NCBI GenBank assembly: GCA_015233335.1
Contig: JADFXX010000006.1
Span: forward strand, 1,237-65,236
DNA length: 64,000 nucleotides
DNA from: Candidatus Omnitrophota bacterium
GTDB taxonomy: Bacteria; Omnitrophota; Gorgyraeia; Zapsychrales; Fredricksoniimonadaceae
Direction of reading: 5' to 3'
Every line of letters starts with the position of its first letter. Position 1 is the stretch's first letter. The notes below the pieces were generated by a model. The model was given only the letters and a program-made list of their open reading frames with translations, did no database searches and was not told the origin of the DNA. The position numbers were made by a program, and so were the translations under genes. Shown here in pieces: positions 18,640-29,784 of this stretch.

Positions 18640-18861
18640 CTGCAGGGATAGGATTGTTATTTTTAACTCACTGTCATTTTTAGTTAAAAATTCGTTACTT
18701 TTTGGGGAATCCCGAGCCGAAGGGCGAGGGATGTCTGAACTTGCTTGAGCTCTTTATTTCCAGGGAAATAAAGAGCGAGTTGTTCAGACACCCAAAAAAT
18801 AATGAATTTTTGACGTTAAAAAAATGACCGTGAGTTAAAAATAACAATCCTATCCCTGCAG
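18640..18861. repeat. Family B nested-hairpin element, copy 1
   Basis: Outer stem ctgcagggataggattgttatttttaactcac / gtgagttaaaaataacaatcctatccctgcag. The conserved core is shared with 35094-35334. Confidence 0.8.
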
Positions 18862-18882
18862 CCTCACCGCAAATTCTAGGAA

Positions 18883-19662
18883 CTACTTCATTTTAATAAC
18901 GATCACTTCTTCCAACTGCGAAAGATCGACTGCCGGTTCGACTAGGCATTCGGCGGTGTGGCTGTTGCTGGAGGCCTGCACATCGGTGATCTGTCCTATC
19001 AGAATGCCCTCGGGAAAGGCGGAGCTTAGCCTTGAGGTTAAAAGCTCGTCGCCTACTTTAACGTCCGCGTTGATAGTCAAATACTGCAGACGGCAGATCC
19101 CCTGCAGGGTCCCTGTTAAAAGTCCGTTCTCCCGTGAACGCCCGACAACTGCCGCAACGGCAAATGCCGGATCTGACAAAAGGATCACCTTGGCGGTATT
19201 TTTTCCTGCCTCAAAGATCCTGCCCACCACCCCCAAAGGGCTGACCACCGGCTGTCCTACACTTACCCCCTCGGCACTTCCTTTATCAATGATTAAAGAC
19301 GCATTCCAGTTAGAGGGATCCCGCCCTATAACATTAGCTGTGATCGAGACATAATTCTGATTGCGGCGAAAGGCCTGGATCTTGTCAAACCTCTCTGCCC
19401 TTTTTTCGCTCTCCTTGATAGCCAATAGCTCAGCTTTCAAGAGATCATTCTGCTTCCTTAAATGCACGCAGTCATCATAAGTTTCCCGATAGTAGAATAA
19501 TTTCTTTAACTCAAAGACCGGCACCTGCCATAGACCTACCGGTCTTATCATCGTATCCAAAACAGCCCCGGCTTTAAAATTCTTCGGATGAAAAAAAAGG
19601 ATCAGGAGAGGGACAACAAGGATGCTGACGTAAAGAAATTTTTTGAAAGTTTTGCGCCACAC
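18883..19662 (-). CDS. mreC: Rod shape-determining protein MreC
   Basis: 259 aa with an N-terminal TM, a coiled-coil and beta-barrel repeats. Directly downstream of mreB. Confidence 0.85.
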   Translation of the reverse strand: MWRKTFKKFLYVSILVVPLLILFFHPKNFKAGAVLDTMIRPVGLWQVPVFELKKLFYYRETYDDCVHLRKQNDLLKAELLAIKESEKRAERFDKIQAFRRNQNYVSITANVIGRDPSNWNASLIIDKGSAEGVSVGQPVVSPLGVVGRIFEAGKNTAKVILLSDPAFAVAAVVGRSRENGLLTGTLQGICRLQYLTINADVKVGDELLTSRLSSAFPEGILIGQITDVQASSNSHTAECLVEPAVDLSQLEEVIVIKMK

Positions 19663-19672
19663 GATTTATTTC

Positions 19673-20782
19673 TTAGAAGTCTAATTTGGCCTGGGCTGTA
19701 AAACGACGGCGCATCGCGGGGGTCATATTCAGTGTCGCCCCTGTTCCGTTGACAACTGCCGTCAGGGGATCATCCGCCACATGCACAGGCAAACCTGTTT
19801 CTTCGGCAATGCGCTTATCCAAACCCCGAAGCAATGAACCTCCGCCGGCCATGACAATGCCGCGGTCAATCAGGTCGGCCGCCAACTCCGGAGGCGTATG
19901 CTCAAGCGTTGACTTAGAGGCATCCACAATGGCCTGAACCGGATCCTGCAGGGCCTCACGGATCTCGACCGATGTCACATTGATCGTTTTAGGCAGGCCT
20001 GCAATGAGATCACGTCCGCGTACATCCATGTTCAACTCTTCTTCCAGCGGATAGGCAGAACCAAGACGGATCTTGATCTCCTCTGCCGTGCGCTCGCCGA
20101 TCATCAGATTATACGTTTTACGCAAGTATTCTATAATGGCCATGTCCATTTCATCCCCGGCAATACGGATGGATTTGGCATAAACCAGTCCTCCTAAGGA
20201 TATCACCGCAAACTCCGTCGTACCGCCGCCGATGTCAATGATCATGTTGCCGGCCGGTTCATGCACGGGAAGACCCACCCCGATGGCCGCGGCCTTGGGC
20301 TCCTCAATCAAAATGACGTTACGCGCTCCTGCATGCTCGGCAGAATCAATGACCGCGCGTTTTTCAACCTGGGTAATCCCGGAAGGAATGGCGATCACAA
20401 TCGTTGGCCTGAAAGAAAACCTGTTGGGCTGGACTTTCTTAATAAAATATTTGAGCATGGCCTCGGTCACTTCAAAATCCGAAATAACGCCGTCTTTCAT
20501 GGGGCGGATGGCCACGATACTGCCCGGTGTACGGCCGAGCATCCGTTTGGCTTCTTCGCCCACTGCCAGCACACGGTTTGTTTCTTTTTCGATCGCCACG
20601 ACAGAAGGCTCACACAAAACCACCCCTTCCCCTTTAACATAGACAAGGGTCGTGGCAGTCCCTAAATCGATCCCGATATCCTTGGAAAAAACCCCGAGAA
20701 CTTGATCGTATATAAATTTAAAAAACTTTTTGATCGTATTAATCATGGGCACCATCTTATCGAAAAGGCCATAGACTGTCAA
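19673..20782 (-). CDS. mreB: Rod shape-determining protein MreB
   Basis: Actin-fold motifs [14 protein letters not shown] and [11 protein letters not shown]. The start may be an internal Met. Confidence 0.92.
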   Translation of the reverse strand: MTVYGLFDKMVPMINTIKKFFKFIYDQVLGVFSKDIGIDLGTATTLVYVKGEGVVLCEPSVVAIEKETNRVLAVGEEAKRMLGRTPGSIVAIRPMKDGVISDFEVTEAMLKYFIKKVQPNRFSFRPTIVIAIPSGITQVEKRAVIDSAEHAGARNVILIEEPKAAAIGVGLPVHEPAGNMIIDIGGGTTEFAVISLGGLVYAKSIRIAGDEMDMAIIEYLRKTYNLMIGERTAEEIKIRLGSAYPLEEELNMDVRGRDLIAGLPKTINVTSVEIREALQDPVQAIVDASKSTLEHTPPELAADLIDRGIVMAGGGSLLRGLDKRIAEETGLPVHVADDPLTAVVNGTGATLNMTPAMRRRFTAQAKLDF

Positions 20783-20849
20783 ACGATTTTTAGGTATGGG
20801 AATTCGCTAAGTTATTGGATTTGAGATAGTTTCATTGAAGGACGTCAAA

Positions 20850-20877
20850 AGATTGCTTCGCTTCACTCGCAATGACA
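20850..20877. repeat. Short repeat AGATTGCTTCG...CTCGCAATGACAC, copy 1
   Basis: Same motif as at 55900-55964 and 56834-56869. Confidence 0.6.
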
Positions 20878-20889
20878 CGGGACTAACCA

Positions 20890-22173
20890 CTATAATCTTG
20901 GGGTCAATTTTTTTATATCCCTTACAAAAGCGGGATAGGATTTACGACAAGATTCGATTGTACCGACGCGGCAGCCTAATTTCAGGCCCAGCACGGCGAA
21001 GGCCATGGCCAAACGATGGTCGTGATGGGAGTCGAGCAAAACCCCGCTTTTATACGCGGCTTGCGGCTCGATCATTAAAGCATCAGGGGTTTCACTGACA
21101 CAGGCCCCGATCTTTAAAAGCTCATGCCTCAAGTCACTGATGCGGTCTGATTCTTTGGCGCGGGCATGGCGGATACCGACAAGTTTTGTTCTGCCCTTTG
21201 CAAAAAGGGCCAGAATGCTCATGACCGGCACAAGGTCCGGACAATCTTTTAAAGAAAAAGTGCCGCCCTTGAGATCAAAAGGCCCTTTGATTTGGACGGA
21301 CCTCCCGGTCGTTTTTAAACGGACCCCCATACGGTCCAGAAAATCCAGTATATGCCCGTCGGACTGGATCAAATGATCGTCGAATTTTCCCTGCAATACA
21401 ACCCGGGAGGGCAAAAGCGCACAGGCGGCCAGCCAATAGGCCGCGAGACCATAATCCGACGGCACATAAAAATCCTTTAGTCCTTTGAAAACCTGAGCTC
21501 CTTTAATTTCAAATTCTCTTTGCGATAGACGCCTAACAAGAATCCCTGACTTGGCTAAAATTTCTTGCGTCATCTGAACATACTCACGGGAAACCAGTTT
21601 TTTACCGCTTAAGACAAGACGGGAATCGACCCCCAAAGAAGGCAAAGCGATCATCAAAGCAGAGATAAATTGAGAACTCAAAGAGCCGTCAATGGACAAA
21701 CGCCCCCCCTGCAGTGAACCTCCTTTAAATAAAATAGGGACAGACTCCTGTTTTCCAGTCCCCTTGATCTGCATGCCCTGTCGACGCAACGTTTCACATA
21801 AGTGCCGGCAGGGACGGCCCACCAAGGTGCCTTTCCCTCGCACCTTGGCCTTATGCGTAAAGAGCCCCAGCAAAGGCAGTAAAAATCGTAACGTGGTCCC
21901 TGATTCACCGACGAAGAATGTTTCTTGAGGATTCGGGATGACGAGAGGATAAGAGGCTTTGACGACGTAGACATCCCCTTTACAACTGATCTTTGCTCCC
22001 AAAGCTTGGGCGGTTTGAATGGCGATGAGCGCGTCCTCGCAATCCGAGGCATGCCTGATACGGGACGTCCCTCCAAGGGCCGCTATGAGGAATGCACGAA
22101 TGGAATAGGATTTGGAGGCAGGCAGATGGATACGGCCATAAAGACCTTTGAGAGCTCGGAGATTGAGAATCAC
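20890..22173 (-). CDS. aroA: 3-phosphoshikimate 1-carboxyvinyltransferase (EPSP synthase)
   Basis: 427 aa with LPASKSYSIRAFLIAAL and DHRLAMAFAVLGL. Confidence 0.9.
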   Translation of the reverse strand: MILNLRALKGLYGRIHLPASKSYSIRAFLIAALGGTSRIRHASDCEDALIAIQTAQALGAKISCKGDVYVVKASYPLVIPNPQETFFVGESGTTLRFLLPLLGLFTHKAKVRGKGTLVGRPCRHLCETLRRQGMQIKGTGKQESVPILFKGGSLQGGRLSIDGSLSSQFISALMIALPSLGVDSRLVLSGKKLVSREYVQMTQEILAKSGILVRRLSQREFEIKGAQVFKGLKDFYVPSDYGLAAYWLAACALLPSRVVLQGKFDDHLIQSDGHILDFLDRMGVRLKTTGRSVQIKGPFDLKGGTFSLKDCPDLVPVMSILALFAKGRTKLVGIRHARAKESDRISDLRHELLKIGACVSETPDALMIEPQAAYKSGVLLDSHHDHRLAMAFAVLGLKLGCRVGTIESCRKSYPAFVRDIKKLTPRL

Positions 22174-23030
22174 GGCTTTAAAACCACGGTATCATTTTTA
22201 CGCACTTCACCGCTGGAAAAGGGAGGAATAAGGTCGGCCGCTGACATTTCATCCTGCACCCGGGTGGCTTTAACATCCCCTAAATATTCGTCCCCCCGGT
22301 AGACGGAAAGGATGTCTTCGGGTTTAACCCCCTGCTTTTGACCCAAATTAAAGACCACAAACTGGGCATCCTTGTCCACACTTAAAATATGCCCTTTGGT
22401 GCCTTCCTGAGGATTGACCACGATCTTGTCTAACTCCAGCTTATCATGGCCGCTACGGGCGGGCGAGACGACTTCATTCGCAATTTGTTCGGCCGGTGTA
22501 CGCTTGTCATAAGGTCTCATCTGGGCTTTGAGCTCGTCGATCTGGGCTGCCATGCTCTTTTTGGTTTCCAGCAATTGCCCCAAGCGCGCCTCTAAATCTT
22601 TAGACTTGTCCTGTGCCGCTTTTAAAAATTCCTGATACTGGGCTAATTTGGCGCCGGAGTCATCGAGATCCGCCCTGATTTTTTCTTTGGTCTTGTTGAG
22701 CGTTTCCATTTGTTCTTTGAGCTCGTTATTTTCTTTTTTCAGAGCGTTACGCAGTCCTTCATTGAGGTCCCGCTCATCAAGCAGGCTGTTAATCTTCTGG
22801 TCCGCTTCTTTATTCTTATCTAAAGCCAGACCCAGCTTACCCTGAATATCTTTAACCTGAGCCTGCAGTTTGAGCTCGCTGGCACGACTGGCTTCCAGGT
22901 CTGACTCAGCATTTTTACGCCAGTGCTCTTCTTTATGGTATAAATAAAAACCGATGCTGGTTGATGACACCAATAAAATGATGATCAGCACGACAAAAAT
23001 GCTAAGGGTTTTTCCGGCTTTGTTGATCAT
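22170..23030 (-). CDS. Membrane-anchored coiled-coil protein, unknown function
   Basis: N-terminal TM (LSIFVVLIIILLVSS), about 170 aa of heptad-like K/E/L/Q-rich sequence, and a C-terminal small beta domain. Confidence 0.5.
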   Translation of the reverse strand: MINKAGKTLSIFVVLIIILLVSSTSIGFYLYHKEEHWRKNAESDLEASRASELKLQAQVKDIQGKLGLALDKNKEADQKINSLLDERDLNEGLRNALKKENNELKEQMETLNKTKEKIRADLDDSGAKLAQYQEFLKAAQDKSKDLEARLGQLLETKKSMAAQIDELKAQMRPYDKRTPAEQIANEVVSPARSGHDKLELDKIVVNPQEGTKGHILSVDKDAQFVVFNLGQKQGVKPEDILSVYRGDEYLGDVKATRVQDEMSAADLIPPFSSGEVRKNDTVVLKP

Positions 23031-23125
23031 AGAATCCCTGAAATTTATACGATCCAGTCAGATATAAAATTTTCCTATTAAGTATACATTATAGCAAAGA
23101 AGAAAAACAGCAGTAAAGTTTAAAT

Positions 23126-24028
23126 TTACAAATCGTCCTTATTGAATTCCTGCGGGATGGGACAGGAAAATTCAACAAAAGCTTTGCGGATGGGATGTAT
23201 AAAACCAATACTTTGCGCATGCAGGGCCAGGCGCGGGAAACTTTCTTTTCGGCCGTATTTTTCATCTCCTAAAATCGGATGGCCTAAATGTTTCATGTGG
23301 ACACGCAGCTGATGCGTGCGTCCGGTTTGGGGAAAAAGTGCCACTAAGGTCGATTTAGAAAAACGCTTAAGCACCTCGTACAAAGTCAGGGCCTCCTTAC
23401 CGCCGCCTTCTTGGGCGATCTGGCGTTGGTCGTGGTATTTTCGATGCCGCTCCAAGGGAGCTTCAATGATCCCCTCGTCAAACTGCACGCTTCCCTGCAC
23501 GCGGGCCACATAGCGCTTGATGACCGTATGTTTTTCAAACTGCCGGCCTAAACGGGCGTGGGCCACATTGGTCTTGGCAATGAGGATCAGACCCGAAGTG
23601 TCACGGTCCAGCCGATGCACAATGCCGGGCCTCACCGGACCGTTGATATCGGACAATTCTTCCTTAAAACGGAACATCAAACCATTGACCAAGGTGCCGC
23701 TCTGGGAACCGCTGGCCGGATGCACGGTCAGGCCCGCAGGCTTGTTAATGACCACCAAATCCTCATCTTCATAAAAAATATCCAGGTCCATTTTCTCGCT
23801 GGGAATGTCTTTAGGGGCAAATGCCTCTTCCTTAATATCAACTTCGATACGGTCCCCGGCATTCACTTTATATTTGACCTTCTGCAGGCGGCCGTTGACC
23901 CGGACCTGGCCGGCCTCGACCATTTTTTTGATGAATACCCGCGAAGGCACTTCGGGAATCGCATTGGCCAGATAAACGTCCAAACGTAAATCCCTATACT
24001 CCTGAGGCACTGTCAGTGTTTGTTTCAT
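23126..24028 (-). CDS. rluD: 23S rRNA pseudouridine synthase RluD-like
   Basis: N-terminal S4-like domain and catalytic HRLDRDTSGL. Confidence 0.88.
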   Translation of the reverse strand: MKQTLTVPQEYRDLRLDVYLANAIPEVPSRVFIKKMVEAGQVRVNGRLQKVKYKVNAGDRIEVDIKEEAFAPKDIPSEKMDLDIFYEDEDLVVINKPAGLTVHPASGSQSGTLVNGLMFRFKEELSDINGPVRPGIVHRLDRDTSGLILIAKTNVAHARLGRQFEKHTVIKRYVARVQGSVQFDEGIIEAPLERHRKYHDQRQIAQEGGGKEALTLYEVLKRFSKSTLVALFPQTGRTHQLRVHMKHLGHPILGDEKYGRKESFPRLALHAQSIGFIHPIRKAFVEFSCPIPQEFNKDDL

Positions 24029-24747
24029 TTTTTAAATGCCCTCATCAATATCAAACCCGCGGTAAAAACACCTAAAGCCACATATTGGGCCAGACTCAAC
24101 CCCCACCAGACCATGTCATGGTCGGCCCGATAAAACTCGACGATAAAGCGCTCTAGGGCCGCCAGCCACAGATAAAGAATAAAAATAAAACCGGGCTCAT
24201 ATTTTTTTTTCTGGGCCTCTTTAAGAATTAAAAAGATCAAAAAAAGCCCGGCCGTTTCATACAGCTGGGTCGGATGCAGGCGGGCCCCGTGCACCGGATA
24301 ATAGATCCCCCATGAGACGCTCCTGCCGTAACAGCAGCCGTTAAAAAAACACCCGATGCGGCCGATCGACTGGCCCAAGGCGATATAGGGGGCAACCAGA
24401 TCCATCACCGGTTTTAAGAAAAGCTTTTTACGGCGGGCAAACCACACCCCCGCCAACGTCCCTCCTAAAAATCCACCCTGCCAGGCCAGACCGCCTTTTT
24501 GCAGCATCAGCATTTCCATGAGATTATTGCTGTAATAGGACCATGTGATAAAAATATAAAATATCCTGGCCCCGATGATCCCCCAAAGCATGCACCAGAA
24601 GACCAGATCATACGCGGTGTCCTGAGAGATGTTGTAGCGGGCGGCGTCACGGCTTAATAAATACGTGCAGACCAAAACGGACAAGGCCAGCATGACGCCG
24701 TAGCTGTAGATGGTGAAGGATCCGATCGTAAAAAGTATAGGATGCAT
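24025..24747 (-). CDS. lgt: Prolipoprotein diacylglyceryl transferase
   Basis: 240 aa polytopic protein with HPTQLYE and GRIGCFFNGCCYG motifs. Confidence 0.9.
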   Translation of the reverse strand: MHPILFTIGSFTIYSYGVMLALSVLVCTYLLSRDAARYNISQDTAYDLVFWCMLWGIIGARIFYIFITWSYYSNNLMEMLMLQKGGLAWQGGFLGGTLAGVWFARRKKLFLKPVMDLVAPYIALGQSIGRIGCFFNGCCYGRSVSWGIYYPVHGARLHPTQLYETAGLFLIFLILKEAQKKKYEPGFIFILYLWLAALERFIVEFYRADHDMVWWGLSLAQYVALGVFTAGLILMRAFKK

Positions 24748-24791
24748 GGTTTTATGGTTCTTTGTAGTTTTATGCTGGTCAGGTAATCTAT

Positions 24792-24980
24792 GTGCGTGGG
24801 ATGGAAGGGCAGCTATTATGTTTTCGGAACATTCGGGGATTTTTGGCCAAAAGTTTGCGAGGATTTACAACAAATTTTTTCCAAATGAAGAGAATCTTTA
24901 GAAAAAATTTGTTGTAAACCGAAGCAAACGGCCAAAATATCCCGTTCCGAGAACATAATAGCTGCCCTTCCATCCCTGCA
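24792..24980. repeat. Family C foldback element, copy 1
   Basis: Arms gggatggaagggcagctattatg... / ...cataatagctgcccttccatccc. Apical loop ccaaatgaagagaatctttag. Lies between the lspA stop and the lgt start. Confidence 0.8.
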
Positions 24981-25010
24981 TGACGTACCCATTTAAAATC
25001 CCAAAAAACT

Positions 25011-25487
25011 TCATTTTGATGCCGGGATACATCTTAACAGAATTATCGCGGCACCGATAGTGATCGCGCTGTCGGCCACATTGAAGACCGGCCAGATACG
25101 AAAATCAATGAAATCAATCACGTAGCCTAAAAAGATGCGGTCGATCAAATTGCCGATGGCCCCGCCTAAGATCAAGGAAAACGCAATGACGTAGGTGCGG
25201 CTAAGCTGGGGGCTGTTACGGTAGTAATAAATATTATAAATCAAAAGACCGGTCAAGATCACAGGGATGATGATGAAGACTGCCCCGCAATCCTTGAAAA
25301 ATCCAAAAGCAATACCGGTATTGTGGACTAAGGTAAAATGAAAAATATTGCGGATAACCGCAATCGACTCATTAAGGTCGAGAAATCCGGAAAAGAAATT
25401 CTTGGTCAGACGGTCTAAAAGGACGACCCCTGAAACCCCTGATAAGAAAAATATAATGTCCCACTGGGAACGCTTGGGATCTCGCAT
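25011..25487 (-). CDS. lspA: Lipoprotein signal peptidase II
   Basis: 158 aa with NTGIAFG and FNVADSAITIG motifs. Confidence 0.9.
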   Translation of the reverse strand: MRDPKRSQWDIIFFLSGVSGVVLLDRLTKNFFSGFLDLNESIAVIRNIFHFTLVHNTGIAFGFFKDCGAVFIIIPVILTGLLIYNIYYYRNSPQLSRTYVIAFSLILGGAIGNLIDRIFLGYVIDFIDFRIWPVFNVADSAITIGAAIILLRCIPASK

Positions 25488-25497
25488 TGTAGGAGGC

Positions 25498-25905
25498 CTA
25501 GCGTTTTTTGGATTCCAGCTGCTCCTGGCATTTCAGGCAGGTTTTTGCATGCGGAATCGCCTTCAGACGGGTCGCTGGAATTGTTTTTTTGCAGGAAATA
25601 CACAAGCCGTAATTACCTTCTTCGATACGGTCTAAAGCTTCATTCACCTGATAAAGAAGTTCTCTGTCATTAGAGGCTAACCCTAATGTAAATTCACGGT
25701 CATACATATCTGTCGCCACATCCGCCATATGCAGAGCATGACCCGAAACATCCCCTCCCCTGTCATTACCGCTTCCGGTATTCTCCTCGGACAAATGATG
25801 GATATCACCGGTGATCTGCTCTTTGATTTTCAAAAGGGCCTTTTTAAACGGTTCAAGTTTCGGATCTATTTTTTTCTTCTTTACGGCCATTTTTTCCCTC
25901 CTCAA
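25498..25905 (-). CDS. DksA/TraR-family C4 zinc-finger protein
   Basis: 135 aa. Coiled-coil N-terminus and CISC...(17)...CLKC zinc finger. Confidence 0.8.
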   Translation of the reverse strand: MRREKMAVKKKKIDPKLEPFKKALLKIKEQITGDIHHLSEENTGSGNDRGGDVSGHALHMADVATDMYDREFTLGLASNDRELLYQVNEALDRIEEGNYGLCISCKKTIPATRLKAIPHAKTCLKCQEQLESKKR

Positions 25906-25911
25906 GGAACA

Positions 25912-28710
25912 CTATTCTACAGTTTGTGTACAACGCGCGCATAGCGACGGATGTTGCTGGGACATTCCGACATCCACACGCCAATTCCAACAACGCGCAC
26001 ATTTTACCCCATCCGCCGGATAAATCTCAACTTGGGTCTGATTAAAATAATCACTTAGTCCGGCGTCGATCTTCGGGACCTGCTTTAATTCAACCTGAGA
26101 GACGATAAAAATTGATGCCAAATGGTCTTTAAAAGAATTGAAATATTCAAAATCGCGCGCGCTTGACGTTAAAATCACCGCTTTAGCTTCCAAACCGCTG
26201 CCGATCTTCCCTGCTTTTCTGTGTTCATCTAAGGCCTTCAGGACATAGCCTCGCATATCCAGAAGGACACTAAACTTTCCATCCATATCCCCGGATATCC
26301 AGCGCTCATCAACCACGGGCCAGTCCAGACAATGCACACTGGCAAAAGACTCATCCCTCTTTAACCTCGGAGCGAACCTTAATGTTTCCTCGGCGGTAAA
26401 AGGCATGACCGGAGCTAAAACCCGCGTCAAAGCATCAAGAATATAGTAAAGAACTGTCTGGGCGCTCAGACGTTGCTTCGAATGAGCGGGGCAAGTATAC
26501 AGCCGGTCTTTAAGGATGTCAAGATAAATGCTCGAAAGATCTTCATTGCAAAAACTATAAACCGCCTTAAAAACCTGCACGAAATCATAGCGCTCGTAGG
26601 CTTGGTCTAATGCTTCAATTGTCCGGCCCAAACGGTTTAAAGCCCAGCGGTCAAGTTCCAGGATCTGGGCATACTCTAATATATGTTCATCCGGATTGAA
26701 TCCATGCAGATTGCCCAGCAAATAACGCAGGGTGTTACGGATCTTGCGGTAGGCATCGACCAAACGGTCTATGATCTCTTTGGAGATGCGCACATCCTCA
26801 TTGTAGGAACTGGAAGCCACCCACAAACGCAGGATCTCGGCGCCATGGGTATCGATGATCTCCTGGGGCTTGATGACATTCCCCAGAGATTTGGACATTT
26901 TCCGGCCGGCACCATCGACGACAAAACCGTGGGTCAAAACCTGCCGGTAGGGCGCGTGTCCCCTGACGGCGACGGACGGGATCAAAGACGACTGGAACCA
27001 GCCGCGATGCTGATCAGAACCTTCCAAATAAAGGTCCGCAGGCCATGGGCTTTTGATCATTTCACCAAAAACCGCCTCATGGCTGACACCGGAATCGAAC
27101 CAAACGTCTAGGATATCCTGGGTCTTTTGGAAATCACGGCCCCCGCAATCAGGACATTTAAAACCATCCGGCACAAGCTCCTTAATGTCCCGTTCAAACC
27201 ATACGTCACTGCCGTGCTTTTTAACGAGACCGGCCACATGCTCGATCACCTCAACAAAAAGTTTTTGTTGGTTGGCGCACCCCGTACAGATCACGGCCGG
27301 GATCGGCACCCCCCAAAGACGCTGTCTGGAAAGACACCAGTCCGGCCGGGTGCTGATCATCCCCTCAATGCGCTCGCGCCCTGCTGAGGGGAACCACCGG
27401 ACTTCATGGTCAATCACCTGCCTTAATTGACCGCGTAAATGATTGTGGTCAATATTCAAAAACCATTGCTCGGTCGCCCGGAAAATAATGGGATTCTTGC
27501 AGCGCCAGCAGTGGGGGTAACTGTGCCCAATATTATCCGCAGCGAACAATAGTCCCCTTTCTTTCAGATCCGCCATGATGGGCCCGTTGGCTTTGAACAC
27601 GTGCTGACCGGCAAAGGGAGAGCCTTCTTCGGTGAAAACCCCTTTTGAATTGACCGGCATGAGTACGGGCAAATGGTTGCGTAAGCCCGTCTGAAAGTCC
27701 TCCTGGCCGTGGCCGGGGGCCGTATGCACAATACCTGTACCGTCCTGGTTTGTCACATAATCCGCACAGACCACCGGACAATGTTCCCTCTTTGCAAAAG
27801 GATGGATATAGGTCAGCCGGGTTAAATCCCGGCCCTTAAAAAAAGAAACTGCTTTTATTTTTTCCGTCTGGGAATCTCGGTTTAATACAATCTCTGCGCG
27901 ATTCTTCTCCACAATGATGATCTCGCCGTTAACCTCCCAGGCGCCATATTCAAAATCCGGATGGACTGCGGCGGCCACATTCGCAAGCAGGGTCCAAGGC
28001 GTTGTCGTCCAGATGAGCAGAGAAACCTTACGCTCGTGGGGAATCCCCAGCACTGACGGATTTTCAACCTCGAAACGCACAAAAACCGTTGATGATGTGT
28101 GGTCTTCATATTCCACTTCCGCCTCGGCCAAAGCGGTTTCACAGCTGAAACACCAGTTGACTGGCTTGAGGCTGCGATAGACATAGCCTTGCCGGGTCAG
28201 TTGGGAGAGTGATTTTAAGATCCAATATTCATAAGAAGGATTTAAAGTCAGGTACGGGTCGTCCCACTGGGCAAAAATCCCCAAACGCTTGAATTCCTCG
28301 CGCTGAACACCGACGAACTTCATAGCGTAATCATGCGCTTTTTTACGAAAGACGAGGGTATCAAAATCGGTTTTGGATGCTTTCATATCCTTGAGCAGTT
28401 GATGCTCAATGGGCAGGCCATGGCAGTCCCAGCCCGGGATATACAAAGCATCAAAACCTTTCATCGTCTTGTATCGGACGATCATGTCCTTGAGGATCTT
28501 GTTGAGCGCATGTCCGATGTGGATATGGCCGTTGGCATACGGAGGGCCGTCGTGCAGAATAAAAGGCGTCCGGCCCCGGCTCTTCTGGCGGATGTGGTCA
28601 TAGATTCTGTCTTCCTGCCAGGCTGCAAGGGTTTGCGGCTCCCTTACGACTAGCCCCGCCTTCATAGGAAAATCCGTCTTGGGAAGATTTAATGTCTTTT
28701 GATAGTCCAT
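25912..28710 (-). CDS. ileS: Isoleucyl-tRNA synthetase
   Basis: 932 aa with HIGH (HIGHALNK), KMSKS (KMSKSLGN) and a C-terminal CxxC...CxxC zinc motif. Confidence 0.95.
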   Translation of the reverse strand: MDYQKTLNLPKTDFPMKAGLVVREPQTLAAWQEDRIYDHIRQKSRGRTPFILHDGPPYANGHIHIGHALNKILKDMIVRYKTMKGFDALYIPGWDCHGLPIEHQLLKDMKASKTDFDTLVFRKKAHDYAMKFVGVQREEFKRLGIFAQWDDPYLTLNPSYEYWILKSLSQLTRQGYVYRSLKPVNWCFSCETALAEAEVEYEDHTSSTVFVRFEVENPSVLGIPHERKVSLLIWTTTPWTLLANVAAAVHPDFEYGAWEVNGEIIIVEKNRAEIVLNRDSQTEKIKAVSFFKGRDLTRLTYIHPFAKREHCPVVCADYVTNQDGTGIVHTAPGHGQEDFQTGLRNHLPVLMPVNSKGVFTEEGSPFAGQHVFKANGPIMADLKERGLLFAADNIGHSYPHCWRCKNPIIFRATEQWFLNIDHNHLRGQLRQVIDHEVRWFPSAGRERIEGMISTRPDWCLSRQRLWGVPIPAVICTGCANQQKLFVEVIEHVAGLVKKHGSDVWFERDIKELVPDGFKCPDCGGRDFQKTQDILDVWFDSGVSHEAVFGEMIKSPWPADLYLEGSDQHRGWFQSSLIPSVAVRGHAPYRQVLTHGFVVDGAGRKMSKSLGNVIKPQEIIDTHGAEILRLWVASSSYNEDVRISKEIIDRLVDAYRKIRNTLRYLLGNLHGFNPDEHILEYAQILELDRWALNRLGRTIEALDQAYERYDFVQVFKAVYSFCNEDLSSIYLDILKDRLYTCPAHSKQRLSAQTVLYYILDALTRVLAPVMPFTAEETLRFAPRLKRDESFASVHCLDWPVVDERWISGDMDGKFSVLLDMRGYVLKALDEHRKAGKIGSGLEAKAVILTSSARDFEYFNSFKDHLASIFIVSQVELKQVPKIDAGLSDYFNQTQVEIYPADGVKCARCWNWRVDVGMSQQHPSLCARCTQTVE

Positions 28711-28716
28711 AGAGTC

Positions 28717-29577
28717 CTATTTAATATACTTTCCGATGATCAGGCCCAGCTCTTTTTTCTTTTTGGCCGGGATCATCTTGGGGTTTGTTACGATCGCGAA
28801 TTTTAAAGCATCGCAGGCGCTAAAATGTTTTAGTTTCCCGACTTGGACGATCGCTGATCTTAAAATGGCTTTAGCATTGGCCACATTTTTACCCAAATAT
28901 TCAAGGATCATCTCAATCGTCACGGCATCATGCGACGGATGCCAGCAGTCATAGTCGGTCACAGCCGCGAGAGTCGCGTAAGAGATCTCTGCTTCCCTGG
29001 CGAGTTTGGCCTCGGTCAAATTTGTCATTCCAATGATGTCCATGCCCCAGCTGCGATAAAGATTGGACTCGGCTTTGGTCGAAAACTGCGGGCCCTCCAT
29101 GTTCACATAGGTAGCCTTGCGGTGGACTTTGATATTTAATTTCTTGGCGCTTTGCTCGAGAATGTCCGCAATCTCTTTGGAAACAGGGTCGGCAAAAGCC
29201 ACGTGGGCCACAATGCCGCGGGTAAAAAAAGTGTCCTGGCGCGCACGACGCGTACGGTCGAGGAATTGATCGGGAATAACAAAATCCATGGGCTTATATT
29301 TTTCTTTAAGGCTTCCGCAGGCTGAGACGGACATGATCGCTTCGACCCCTAATTTTTTCATGCCGTAAATATTGGCGCGATAGTTGATCTCTGAAGGACT
29401 GATGCGATGCCCCCGGCCGTGGCGCGGCAGGAAGACCACGGGAATGCCCTCTAGTGTTCCGGTCATGAATTTATCTGACGGCGCACCAAACGGTGTTTTG
29501 ACAATGACTTCTTTGAGCTTCGCTATCCCTTCGATCTGATATAAACCACTGCCTCCGATGATCCCGACTGTTGCCAT
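28717..29577 (-). CDS. mtnP: S-methyl-5'-thioadenosine phosphorylase
   Basis: 286 aa with IGIIGGSGLY...FLPRHGRGH, the PNP/MTAP family signature. Confidence 0.85.
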   Translation of the reverse strand: MATVGIIGGSGLYQIEGIAKLKEVIVKTPFGAPSDKFMTGTLEGIPVVFLPRHGRGHRISPSEINYRANIYGMKKLGVEAIMSVSACGSLKEKYKPMDFVIPDQFLDRTRRARQDTFFTRGIVAHVAFADPVSKEIADILEQSAKKLNIKVHRKATYVNMEGPQFSTKAESNLYRSWGMDIIGMTNLTEAKLAREAEISYATLAAVTDYDCWHPSHDAVTIEMILEYLGKNVANAKAILRSAIVQVGKLKHFSACDALKFAIVTNPKMIPAKKKKELGLIIGKYIK

Positions 29578-29630
29578 ATATCCCTCCGTCTTTATTTAGG
29601 TTCTGTCAAAAGTACGCTTAGGTCATTGAC

Positions 29631-29772
29631 GCGGGGCCTGTCCTTAGCCTCAATACTAAGGTGCTCCTCCGTCGGGGGCTGCCCTGACGGAAGCTCCGAT
29701 GGTGGTTTGCCCTCAACCGCCCCTTTGAACAGGGGCCGTGCGCGCCTTAGTATTGAGGCTAAGGACACCCGC
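29631..29772. repeat. Family A structured intergenic element, copy 3
   Basis: Termini gcggggcctgtcc...ggacacccgc. 20-bp helix ccttagcctcaatactaagg / ccttagtattgaggctaagg. Lies between the proC stop and the mtnP start. Confidence 0.8.
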
Positions 29773-29784
29773 TAATCCACATAT

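Noticed and set aside
24710-24973. ORFs 24710-24901 (+) and 24788-24973 (-) of 61-63 aa
   Set aside because: Both lie entirely within the family C foldback element. Mirror-image ORFs are the expected artefact of a long palindrome, and their composition is not protein-like.
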